A DNA stretch of 32,000 nt from an archaeon (lineage in GTDB: Archaea; Iainarchaeota; Iainarchaeia; Iainarchaeales; 1-14-0-10-31-34): assembly GCA_024277355.1 (NCBI GenBank), contig JAJRVL010000004.1, positions 1 through 32,000 on the forward strand, written 5' to 3'. Each line of letters begins with the position of its first letter. Position 1 is the first letter of the stretch. The position numbers and the translations under genes are program-made. Positions 7,955 to 15,600 of this stretch are shown here, in pieces. A model generated the notes under the pieces. The model saw only the letters and a program-made list of their open reading frames with translations, was not told the DNA's origin and searched no databases.

Positions 7955-8857
7955 ATGGCTGAATGCCCTGAATGTAAAAGCAAAAATATAAGAAGAGAGT
8001 CTGAAAAAGGAGAATTAATCTGCAAAGACTGCGGGTTAGTATTAGAAGAAGATGAAATTGACCAAGGAAAAGAATGGAGAAGTTTTGATTCTGATCAATT
8101 TGAAGAAAGAGCAAGAACCGGAAGTCCAATGAAATATGTTAAACTAAACAAAGGTTTAGTTACAATGATTGACAGAAGAGGAACTGATTTAAGAGGAAAC
8201 AAACTTTCATCTAAATCAAGAGCTCAAATGTATAGGTTAATTAAATGGCATAAAAGAGCTTCAATTTCAAGTTCAATGCAGAGAAATTTATCTATTGCTT
8301 TAACTGAATTAAGGAGAGTTGCATCTTATTTGAATATTCCTGATTCATTGGTTGAAGCAGCAGCATTATTATACAGAAAAACAGTCAAAAAAGGATTAAT
8401 CAGAGGAAGATTAATTGAAGCAGTTGTAGCAGCAGTTCTTTATACAGTCTGCAGAACATATCATGTTCCAAGAACATTAAATGAAATGGCTGAAGCTTCA
8501 GGATTAACCAAAAAAGAAATCGGAAGAACTTATAGGTTTTTAGTCAGAGAATTAAAACTTGAAGTACCTTTAACTAATCCAATTCATTATATTCCAAGAT
8601 TTGCATCTGAATTAAACTTGTCAGGTGAAGTACAAGAAGAAGGAAGAAAAATCTTAGAAGAAGCAATAGGAAACGGATTAATTTCAGGAAGAGGTCCGAC
8701 AGGAGTTGCAGCAGCAGCAGTATATATTGCAGGTTTATTAAAGGGAGAAAGAAGAACCCAGAAAGAAGTTGCAAATGTTGCTGGAGTAACTGAAGTTACA
8801 ATCAGAAACAGATATAGAGAATTAAAAAAGAGGTTGCATATTGAAGTGGTTGCTTAA
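7955..8857 (+). CDS. tfb: Transcription initiation factor IIB (TFB)
   Basis: N-terminal Zn-ribbon CPECKS...CKDCG, two cyclin-like repeats, and C-terminal GVTEVTIRNRYREL. SD AGGTGA at 7943-7948. Confidence 0.92.
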   Translation: MAECPECKSKNIRRESEKGELICKDCGLVLEEDEIDQGKEWRSFDSDQFEERARTGSPMKYVKLNKGLVTMIDRRGTDLRGNKLSSKSRAQMYRLIKWHKRASISSSMQRNLSIALTELRRVASYLNIPDSLVEAAALLYRKTVKKGLIRGRLIEAVVAAVLYTVCRTYHVPRTLNEMAEASGLTKKEIGRTYRFLVRELKLEVPLTNPIHYIPRFASELNLSGEVQEEGRKILEEAIGNGLISGRGPTGVAAAAVYIAGLLKGERRTQKEVANVAGVTEVTIRNRYRELKKRLHIEVVA

Positions 8858-8878
8858 ACCACTTTTAATCTTTTTTTT
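8844..8878 (+). terminator. Hairpin plus T8 run at the tfb stop
   Basis: AAGTGGTT (8844-8851) pairs with AACCACTT (8857-8864) around a 5-nt loop. T8 follows at 8871-8878. Confidence 0.5.
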
Positions 8879-8932
8879 GCAGCTAGGTTATGTATACTTA
8901 TAAATTCTTTTAACCAAAAACGGAGGGATTAA

Positions 8933-9115
8933 ATGCCAATACAAAAAATAAATGCTTTATTCAATGAAATTAAAAGCAATTTAGGTTTTTCACAGACAAA
9001 ATTAAAAGTCAGAAAAGCTAAAACTGTTAAAGTTTCAAAAAAAATTAAAGCAAAAAAAACAAGAACTACAAAAGCTAAAACAAGAACAAAAAGAAAATCA
9101 GTCAGAAAAAAATAA
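8933..9115 (+). CDS. Small lysine/threonine-rich basic protein, function unknown
   Basis: 60 aa with a C-terminal KAKTVKVSKKIKAKKTRTTKAKTRTKRKSVRKK. GGAGGG lies 5-6 nt upstream (8922-8927). Confidence 0.55.
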   Translation: MPIQKINALFNEIKSNLGFSQTKLKVRKAKTVKVSKKIKAKKTRTTKAKTRTKRKSVRKK

Positions 9116-9142
9116 TTTTGATTTTCTTTTATTTTTTCTTTT

Positions 9143-9889
9143 TTATTTTATTATTGCATTTTCTAATTCAGTTAAAGAAGTAAGCCATTCAACCGGAATC
9201 AATGAATTAACTATCATTGAAAGAGTATTAGTGAAAATTAATATTCCTAGAATAATAAATATTATTCCAAAAATTAAATTTAATTTTTTCATGTAAGGTG
9301 CAAGTTTGTTTAAAAAAGATGAAGCTCTTGAAACAAATAATCCTACTAATAAAAAAGGAGTTCCTAAACCTAAAGAATAAGTAAACAATAAAGGAAAAGC
9401 TTCAACCGGCTGGGTTATTGCAATAGTTAAAATTAATCCTAAAAACGGACTGACACAAGGACTCCAGCCTATACCAAAAGCTGCTCCAAATAAAAAAGAC
9501 TTAAACAAAGAAGTTTTTCCCTGAACTTTTAATTTGTATTCTTTTTCTAAAAAAGGAATTTTAATTAAGCCGGTCATCATTAAACCAAAAATAATGATAA
9601 TACTTCCAAAAATATAACCTAAAATAATTCTTGCATCAAATGCAATTGAAGACAAAACACTTTGAAGTAAAACGCCAATTAAAGAAAAAAACAAAGCTAA
9701 ACCTAAAACAAAAGCAACAGTGTTAAGGAAAATTTTTCCTTTGGCTTTAACAGGATTATTTTTTATTTCTTCTAAACTTGATCCAGCCAAAAAAGTTAAA
9801 AAAGCAGGAATTAATGGAAGCAGGCAGACGCTTAAAAAAAATGATGCAAACCCTAAAATAAAGGCGCTAATTAATGATACATCAGCCAT
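9143..9889 (-). CDS. ccdA: CcdA/DsbD-family transmembrane thiol-disulfide electron transporter
   Basis: Polytopic membrane protein with the two signature cysteines, SVCLLPLIP and GWSPCVSPFLG. Confidence 0.8.
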   Translation of the reverse strand: MADVSLISAFILGFASFFLSVCLLPLIPAFLTFLAGSSLEEIKNNPVKAKGKIFLNTVAFVLGLALFFSLIGVLLQSVLSSIAFDARIILGYIFGSIIIIFGLMMTGLIKIPFLEKEYKLKVQGKTSLFKSFLFGAAFGIGWSPCVSPFLGLILTIAITQPVEAFPLLFTYSLGLGTPFLLVGLFVSRASSFLNKLAPYMKKLNLIFGIIFIILGILIFTNTLSMIVNSLIPVEWLTSLTELENAIIK

Positions 9890-9896
9890 AATTAAT

Positions 9897-10376
9897 CTAA
9901 TTTAATGCTTTGTTTATTTCTTCTATTATTGTTTCTTCACTCCACATTCCAATTGCTTTTTTTGTTACTTTTCCTTTAGAATTAAGAACTACATGAGTGT
10001 GCTGTAAACTTATGCCGAATTCTTTTGCTAATTCTTTTTCATTTTCATTTGTTTCAGAATCATTGTAATTTACTCTGAAGCCAATTACATTTTTGTTTTC
10101 TATTTTTGTAAATGCTTCTTGTACTATTGGTTCTTGTGCAACGCATGAAGGACACCATAAAGCATAAAATTCAAGTAAAATTACTTTTCCTTCTTGTCTT
10201 GCAGTATTATATTCTTCTTGAGTAAAAGAAACATATTTTGCATTTCCTTGAATATTAACTTTAGAATTTAATTCATTTGTTTTTGTTTCTGTATTTTTTG
10301 TTTGCGTGTCTGCTGAAGACTGAATACAACCTAAAACAAACACAATCAATGCAAGCAAAATCAATATTTTTTTCAT
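9897..10376 (-). CDS. Secreted thioredoxin-fold lipoprotein (TlpA/ResA-like)
   Basis: Signal peptide with lipobox-like VLGC and the active site WCPSC. The stop lies 8 nt from the ccdA start. Confidence 0.8.
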   Translation of the reverse strand: MKKILILLALIVFVLGCIQSSADTQTKNTETKTNELNSKVNIQGNAKYVSFTQEEYNTARQEGKVILLEFYALWCPSCVAQEPIVQEAFTKIENKNVIGFRVNYNDSETNENEKELAKEFGISLQHTHVVLNSKGKVTKKAIGMWSEETIIEEINKALN

Positions 10377-10402
10377 TTAACTAACTCTTTAAAGTTTATG
10401 AA

Positions 10403-10669
10403 TTAAATTATTTTTTTTCCTGTTTCTTTTTCAATTATGTGGATTACATTTACTGGACATGCGCTTGCTGCTTCTTTGTGTTTTTCAAAGTCTTTTTCTT
10501 CTATGTCTAATGATTCCAATACAATTTCGTTATTTTCTTCTTTTTTCTGGCAGTTTTTTAAATCAGATTTTCCATCTGCATCCATTTCCCAGAATTCAGG
10601 AGCTAATGCTGCACATGCTCCGCATCCAATGCAACCAGGACGGTCGTGTTCTACTTTATAGTTTACCAT
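10403..10669 (-). CDS. Small single-cluster ferredoxin
   Basis: CIGCGAC...ACP cluster ligands. I prefer the ATG at 10669 (TGAGGTG SD at 10682-10676) over the GTG at 10678 used by the ORF track. Confidence 0.7.
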   Translation of the reverse strand: MVNYKVEHDRPGCIGCGACAALAPEFWEMDADGKSDLKNCQKKEENNEIVLESLDIEEKDFEKHKEAASACPVNVIHIIEKETGKKII

Positions 10670-10775
10670 AAAATACACCTCATTGTTAGGGGACCCTAAC
10701 TTTTTGTTTTAATCTTATGTATTATAGTTTAATTTATTTAAATAGGTTTTGTTACAAGATTAAAAGCTTTTTGAG

Positions 10776-11093
10776 TTATTTTTTGTCTTTTGGTTTAGTA
10801 GTTTTTGTTTTTACTGCTGTTTTTTTAACTGCTTTTTCTTTAATGGTTATTTTTCCGCCTATTGCTGTTCCAGGCAAACCTTTTTCCAGTCTTGCTATTA
10901 CTGCACCTTTGTCTCCGTGTATTCTGCTTATTTTTCCCTGAATTAATTTTCCTGCTGGACTTTTCCATTCAACTTTTTTTCCCATTAAAGCTGAAGCTTT
11001 TGTTTTTGTATCAACTGAATCTGCTATTAAAACAAACTGGTTTGTATGCTGTGTTCTTCTGCCTCTTCTGAAATTTTTTATTGTCATTTTCAT
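10776..11093 (-). CDS. rpl35ae: Ribosomal protein L35Ae (eL33) with a lysine-rich C-terminal tail
   Basis: GKISRIHGDKGAVIARLEKGLPGTAIG matches L35Ae. GAGGT SD lies upstream. The tail is KEKAVKKTAVKTKTTKPKDKK. Confidence 0.85.
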   Translation of the reverse strand: MKMTIKNFRRGRRTQHTNQFVLIADSVDTKTKASALMGKKVEWKSPAGKLIQGKISRIHGDKGAVIARLEKGLPGTAIGGKITIKEKAVKKTAVKTKTTKPKDKK

Positions 11094-11230
11094 TTTAAAT
11101 TACCTCTTGTGAAATCAAAAATAGAGTTATTCAAGAATTTGTATATAGTAATACTTTTAAACTATACTTTTTGTTCTTTGATTTCAATTAACTTATTAAT
11201 ATTTTATGTGTTTTCTATTTATTGAAGATT

Positions 11231-11881
11231 ATGCTTATTGCAGGAATAGATGAAGCAGGAAGAGGACCGGTTTTTGGGCCAATGGTTTTGGCTGTATGCT
11301 GTATTAGAAAAAAAGATGAAGAAAAATTAATTGAGTTAGGCGTAAAAGATTCAAAGCTTTTATCTGAAAAAGAAAGATTAAGAATGCTTCCTGAAATTAA
11401 GTCTGTTGTATTTGATTTTGATTCTGTTCATGTTTCTGCAAGAGAAATTGATGAATTAAGAAACAGGAAATCTTTGAATGAAATTGAAGCAATGAGGATA
11501 GGATTTTTGTTAAATAATTTAAAGGAAAAACCTGAACTTGTTTTTGTTGATTCTCCTGATTCAATTCAGGAAAATTTCACTAAAAGAATAAAAAATTATT
11601 TATCTTTTGATTGCATTATTAAATCTGAGCATAAAGCTGATTTAAATTATCCTGTTGTTTCTGCGGCTTCAGTTATTGCTAAAACTGAAAGAGATAATGA
11701 AATAAAAAAATTAGCAGAAAAATACGGCAATATTGGTTCGGGTTATCCTGGAGATGAAGTTACAGTAAAATTTTTAGAGAACTGGATTAAATTAAATAAT
11801 TCTCTGCCTGTTTTTGCAAGAAGTTCATGGGATACTTCAAAAAGAGCTTTAAATAAAAAATTCCAGACAAAATTATTTTAA
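11231..11881 (+). CDS. rnhB: Ribonuclease HII
   Basis: MLIAGIDEAGRGPVFGPMV, DSKLLS and the SAASVIAK motifs. The ORF track starts at TTG 11222, but the ATG at 11231 gives the canonical N-terminus. Confidence 0.88.
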   Translation: MLIAGIDEAGRGPVFGPMVLAVCCIRKKDEEKLIELGVKDSKLLSEKERLRMLPEIKSVVFDFDSVHVSAREIDELRNRKSLNEIEAMRIGFLLNNLKEKPELVFVDSPDSIQENFTKRIKNYLSFDCIIKSEHKADLNYPVVSAASVIAKTERDNEIKKLAEKYGNIGSGYPGDEVTVKFLENWIKLNNSLPVFARSSWDTSKRALNKKFQTKLF

Positions 11882-11968
11882 TTTTTTTTGAAGAAAAAAA
11901 CTTTTTTTAACTTTTTTCTTAATTAGGTTTAAAAAACTAATTAGAGATATTTGATTAGAGTTGGTTTA

Positions 11969-12439
11969 ATGGAAAAAGAAAAAAACAAAAAAGTCATTAA
12001 ATTTTCAATGGACATGGATAAAGTAGAGGAAATGATTGACAAATTAATGGATTCAATGATGGATAAATTTCCGGAAGAAAAACAGCCTTTTGTTATGGGT
12101 TTTACTATTAATTTTAATTCAGATGATTTGCCTGTAATAGAAGAATTAAAGGAAATTGAAACTGATTCTGAAACAGAAAAACATTTGGTAACAAAAAATT
12201 TTTCTGTTCTTTTAGCTGAAGCACATTATTTTCCAAAAGAAGTTTTAGTTTCTTTTGAGTTGCCAAAAAATATTTCAAGAAATGATTTAACTGTTGAAAT
12301 AAAAGAAAAAACTGTTTTAGTTAAATCAAAAAAATTTTCTTATTCAAAGAGAATTTCTTTAAAAGAAAAAATTAATCCAAAAAAATTTTCTTCTAATTTT
12401 AATAATTCAGTTTTAGAATTAACTTTTATTAAAAAATAG
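11969..12439 (+). CDS. Divergent Hsp20/alpha-crystallin-like protein
   Basis: The C-terminal VLVSFELPKNISRNDLTVEIKEKTVLVKSKK.SYSKRISLKEKINPKKFSSNFNNSVLELTFIKK follows the ACD pattern (LPG..kedi.V.v....L.I...Y.r.i.LP......A.f.NGVL). The track start TTG 11951 is possible, but the ATG at 11969 is preferred. TAG stop. Confidence 0.5.
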   Translation: MEKEKNKKVIKFSMDMDKVEEMIDKLMDSMMDKFPEEKQPFVMGFTINFNSDDLPVIEELKEIETDSETEKHLVTKNFSVLLAEAHYFPKEVLVSFELPKNISRNDLTVEIKEKTVLVKSKKFSYSKRISLKEKINPKKFSSNFNNSVLELTFIKK

Positions 12440-13303
12440 TTATTCGTATTCAGGGTTTTTTGTTAATCTTATTGCGTTATCGCCGAAGTATTGTAAAAAC
12501 TTTTTTGTTGTTTTTATTACATAAGTTATTCCTGCTTTTTCTCTTGAAATAAATCCTTGTTCTTCTAAAATTTTTATTTCATCATAAGCTTTATTTGTTC
12601 TGTATTTAATTACAGTTGATTGTTTTACTGGTTGTTTAAATGCAATATAGGCTATTGTTTTCATTACTCCTTTAGAAAATCTAGTTGGACCTGCTAAATG
12701 AGCTACTTTTACTTCTAATTCTGATAAAACCTGCATTCTGTATCCTTCTGTTTCTCTTATAATTTCTGTTCCGCTTTTTCTTTCGTTTAATGATTCTTTT
12801 AAGCTTTTAATTAATTCAGAAATTAATTCTAAGTCGTTTGTTTCACAGATTTTTGCTATTTCTTTTAATTCAATTGGCTGAGGAGACATAAAAAGTATTG
12901 CTTCAACTAACTGCCTTAATTTTTCTATTCTTTTTTCTTCTGCAAAATAATCTTTTTCTGGTTTTTTTGTTTCTGTTTCTTCTTTTTTGTCTGCTTTGTT
13001 TTTCTCTGGTTTATCTTTTTTTGTCTCTTGTTTTTCTTCTTCTTTTTTTTCAGTTTCTTTGTCTGAGTTTTCTTCTGAGTCTTTTTCTTGTTTTTCTTCT
13101 GTTTCTTCTTTCTTTTTTTGTTTTTCTGTTTCTTTTGTTATTTCTTCTTTTAATCCGTTTACTTCATCTTCAAAGTCATCTGATTTATTTACTTGTTCGT
13201 TTAAGTTTTTGTTTAATTCTGGATTCAGATTTTTGTTTAATTCTGGATTTAAGTCGTCTTCTGTTTCTTCGTTTTCTTCATTTAAGTATTCATCCATTTT
13301 CAT
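12440..13303 (-). CDS. scpB: Segregation and condensation protein B with a ~125-aa E/K-rich N-terminal extension
   Basis: LVEAILFMSPQPIELKEIAKI..., GVMKTIAYIAFKQPVKQSTVIKYR and KTTKKFLQYFG match the ScpB winged-helix pair. Confidence 0.75.
   Translation of the reverse strand: MKMDEYLNEENEETEDDLNPELNKNLNPELNKNLNEQVNKSDDFEDEVNGLKEEITKETEKQKKKEETEEKQEKDSEENSDKETEKKEEEKQETKKDKPEKNKADKKEETETKKPEKDYFAEEKRIEKLRQLVEAILFMSPQPIELKEIAKICETNDLELISELIKSLKESLNERKSGTEIIRETEGYRMQVLSELEVKVAHLAGPTRFSKGVMKTIAYIAFKQPVKQSTVIKYRTNKAYDEIKILEEQGFISREKAGITYVIKTTKKFLQYFGDNAIRLTKNPEYE
13205..13252 (-). repeat. 24-bp tandem duplication inside scpB (encodes LNPELNKN twice)
   Basis: 13205-13228 and 13229-13252 differ at 3 positions. 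Confidence 0.8.
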
Positions 13304-13406
13304 CAGCTTAATAAAGTTATTTCCAAAAAATATTTAATTAAAAGCATTAATAACAAATGTTTTTCTGGCTTATTAAGTTAACTTAGAATTAATGAATTTA
13401 GTTAGA

Positions 13407-13414
13407 TTTAAATA
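13407..13414 (+). promoter_or_regulatory. TATA box (TTTAAATA) for a leaderless methyltransferase gene
   Basis: First T is 30 nt before the ATG at 13437. It is embedded in the 16-bp palindrome AGATTTAAATAAATCT. Confidence 0.5.
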
Positions 13415-13436
13415 AATCTAAAAACTTATTATTTTT

Positions 13437-14117
13437 ATGCCTACTTTTGGGAAAGGAAGAATTAACAGGAAGTTAACCAAAAAAAGAAAGTTGGAAACAC
13501 ATATTTATTCAAAAAACGGAAGGAAATTTCTTAGAGAAAGACGACGCTATCCTGTTGATAATTCAAGTTTGAATAGTTATTCTGTACGTTTTAATCTTAA
13601 TATTAATAATTGGATTAAAAAAAGATTTAATAAAACAAAAAAACCAGTTTTTGTTTTGGATTGGGGTTGTGGGAAAGGAAATGCCTTAACTGAACTTGCA
13701 AAAACAAATAAAAACGTTAAATGTTATGGTTTTGCCAGAGATTCACATAATGAATGGAGAAATAACTCTCATGTAAAATTTATTCAGAATGATGCTGAAA
13801 GCTTGTTTCGTTATTTTAAAAATGGCTCTTTAGATCTTGTAATTTCTCGCTTGGGATTATTGCATTTAGGTAATGGTTTTTTTGATTATGCGGTAAGGGT
13901 TTCTGAAAAACTTAATCAAGGAGGAGTTTTGGTGTCAGACATTCCTTCAAGAGATGCAATTCTTACTACAGAAAATTTCTGTGGGAAGTATAATAACTTA
14001 AGAAAAAAAAAGAGACGCAAAACTGCACTAAAAGAAAAATTTGTTATTCCTTCTAAAGGAATTGATGTTGAAATAAATTGGGTTAGTAATATAATGAAAA
14101 TCAAAAAAGTCAGTTAA
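13437..14117 (+). CDS. Class I SAM-dependent methyltransferase, substrate unknown
   Basis: Has VLDWGCGKGNALTELA (motif I), DLVISRLGLLHL and GGVLV. Both the N- and C-termini are basic. Confidence 0.65.
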   Translation: MPTFGKGRINRKLTKKRKLETHIYSKNGRKFLRERRRYPVDNSSLNSYSVRFNLNINNWIKKRFNKTKKPVFVLDWGCGKGNALTELAKTNKNVKCYGFARDSHNEWRNNSHVKFIQNDAESLFRYFKNGSLDLVISRLGLLHLGNGFFDYAVRVSEKLNQGGVLVSDIPSRDAILTTENFCGKYNNLRKKKRRKTALKEKFVIPSKGIDVEINWVSNIMKIKKVS

Positions 14118-14295
14118 TTTCTTTTTTTTGTTTGTGTTTTCATTCATTAAACTAATGAAGATTTCTCTAAAAACTCTCTTAAGGAGAAGTGATTTTGAGG
14201 ACTCTGAAACTTTGGTTTTCATGTTCTTTTTGAGTTATATTCTTAAAAAAAATGGGTTTTTAAACTGATTTTACTATAATATATTATTAGATATT

Positions 14296-14772
14296 ATGTA
14301 TATGTTATTAGATGTTGCGTGGAAAAGATTAGGGTTAATTTTAATTGTATTAATTATTTTTAGTCAACTAGCTTTTGCAGATTATGTTTGTTATGATGGG
14401 GGCTGTTCAGATTCATCTAATAGGCGTTCTCAAAAATACTATTATGATTCAGGATATTATTCTGATAAATATAGTTATCCTGCTTCAGACTCTTATTCTA
14501 ATAAATATGATTATTATGCTTCAGAGTATTATTCTGATAAATATAGTTATTCTGGAAGCAATTATTATTCTTATAATTATGGAATTTACAGTAATTTAAG
14601 TTATAGTCCATATTATTCTGGTTTGTATTATTCTGGATATTCTTATCCTTATTATACTAATTATTATCCTAATTATTATTATCCTAATTATTATTATCCT
14701 AATTATTATGCTGGATATTATCCTTATTTTGGGTATTATTCTATGTATAACAGTCGTGGATATTACAGATAA
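14296..14772 (+). CDS. Secreted tyrosine/serine-rich low-complexity protein
   Basis: The hydrophobic segment LGLILIVLIIFSQLAFA is followed by ~130 aa with ~49 Tyr by my count (YYSDKYSY, YYPNYYYPNYYYPNYY). The coding frame is maintained through the repeats. Confidence 0.6.
   Translation: MYMLLDVAWKRLGLILIVLIIFSQLAFADYVCYDGGCSDSSNRRSQKYYYDSGYYSDKYSYPASDSYSNKYDYYASEYYSDKYSYSGSNYYSYNYGIYSNLSYSPYYSGLYYSGYSYPYYTNYYPNYYYPNYYYPNYYAGYYPYFGYYSMYNSRGYYR
14659..14709 (+). repeat. 15-bp tandem repeat AATTATTATTATCCT (encodes NYYYP)
   Basis: Perfect copies at 14671-14685 and 14686-14700, with partial copies on both sides. Confidence 0.85.
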
Positions 14773-14863
14773 AGATTTAACTGATTGAAAACAGAATTAC
14801 TTGTTTGAACCGAAAAAATACTGTTTTTTTGAGGGTTTTGAACATTAAATTTTTATCAGAAAA

Positions 14864-15562
14864 TTAGGGTTGGTTTGTCTGGTTTTCCAGCAGATAAATA
14901 AATATTTCGCCAAACCAGTCTTCCTGCCAGACATTAATTTTTTCTTCATTGTTTAAGAATAAAATTGGAATAAAAGTGTCAATTAAATGTGAAGAAGAAT
15001 TTTTTTCAATTAAAGCAGAAAACAAAACCATTCCTTCTGAGTCTGCTTTTTGTTTTATTTGGCTTAAAACTTTTTCCATTTTTTCATTAATGTTTTCTGT
15101 TACTATTGGAACTTGAAATTTTAATTCAGGCATTTCCCTTAACTTGTTTTTTTTGCTTTTAGTTTGTTCAACTATTGCTTCAATTGCATTAACTAATTCA
15201 TCTAAAGAAATTTTTCCTTCTCTTAAAGTAGCAGGATTTTTCAGTTCAGGAATAAATTCTTCAATTATTTTATCTGTTCCATTTTTTGTTTCGTCTTCTT
15301 CTTCTAAAGAAGAAATTTTAAGTAATTTAGATTTAGCTCTTAACAAAATTGCTGAAGCTAAAATTGCATTAGCTGGAATTCTTAAATCAACTCTTTCCAT
15401 TGAATTAATTTTATGCAAATATGTTTCAGCTAAAAAACTAATATTAATGTCCCATGGATCCATTTTTTCAGAGTTAACTAAATCTAATAAAATAGTTTTC
15501 CATTCAGGCATATCAATTAAGGAAACTAAGTTTACGTTTCCTAATACTATGGATTCCTGCAT
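14864..15562 (-). CDS. scpA: Segregation and condensation protein A (kleisin)
   Basis: MDPWDINISFLAETYLHKINSMERVDLRIPANAILASAILLRAKSKLL matches the ScpA N-terminal pattern. Confidence 0.7.
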   Translation of the reverse strand: MQESIVLGNVNLVSLIDMPEWKTILLDLVNSEKMDPWDINISFLAETYLHKINSMERVDLRIPANAILASAILLRAKSKLLKISSLEEEDETKNGTDKIIEEFIPELKNPATLREGKISLDELVNAIEAIVEQTKSKKNKLREMPELKFQVPIVTENINEKMEKVLSQIKQKADSEGMVLFSALIEKNSSSHLIDTFIPILFLNNEEKINVWQEDWFGEIFIYLLENQTNQP

Positions 15563-15600
15563 TATAAAAATAAGTCAAAGAAATATTTAATTCAATGCTT

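Noticed and set aside
12898-13337. Two long plus-strand ORFs (137 and 116 aa) opposite scpB, plus many similar antisense ORFs in the track (e.g. 419-856, 2685-2963, 5648-6093, 10437-10671, 15144-15590, 18547-19069, 28735-29337, 30638-30916, 31226-31713)
   Set aside because: They are L/F/S-rich mirror images of K/E-rich coding sequence on the opposite strand. They lack SD or TATA signals and recognisable motifs, and they overlap confidently assigned genes. They are shadow ORFs of an AT-rich genome.
14375-14599. Alternative-frame 74-aa ORF inside the Tyr-rich gene
   Set aside because: It is an I/L/M-rich translation of the same TAT/TAC-rich repeats, with no start signals. The Tyr frame has the signal peptide and runs the full length.
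13304-14863. Flanking direct repeats that would prove the scpB/scpA insert is a mobile element
   Set aside because: Only an 8-nt AGATTTAA match is found on both sides, which is far too short and AT-rich to be meaningful. There is no integrase or transposase.
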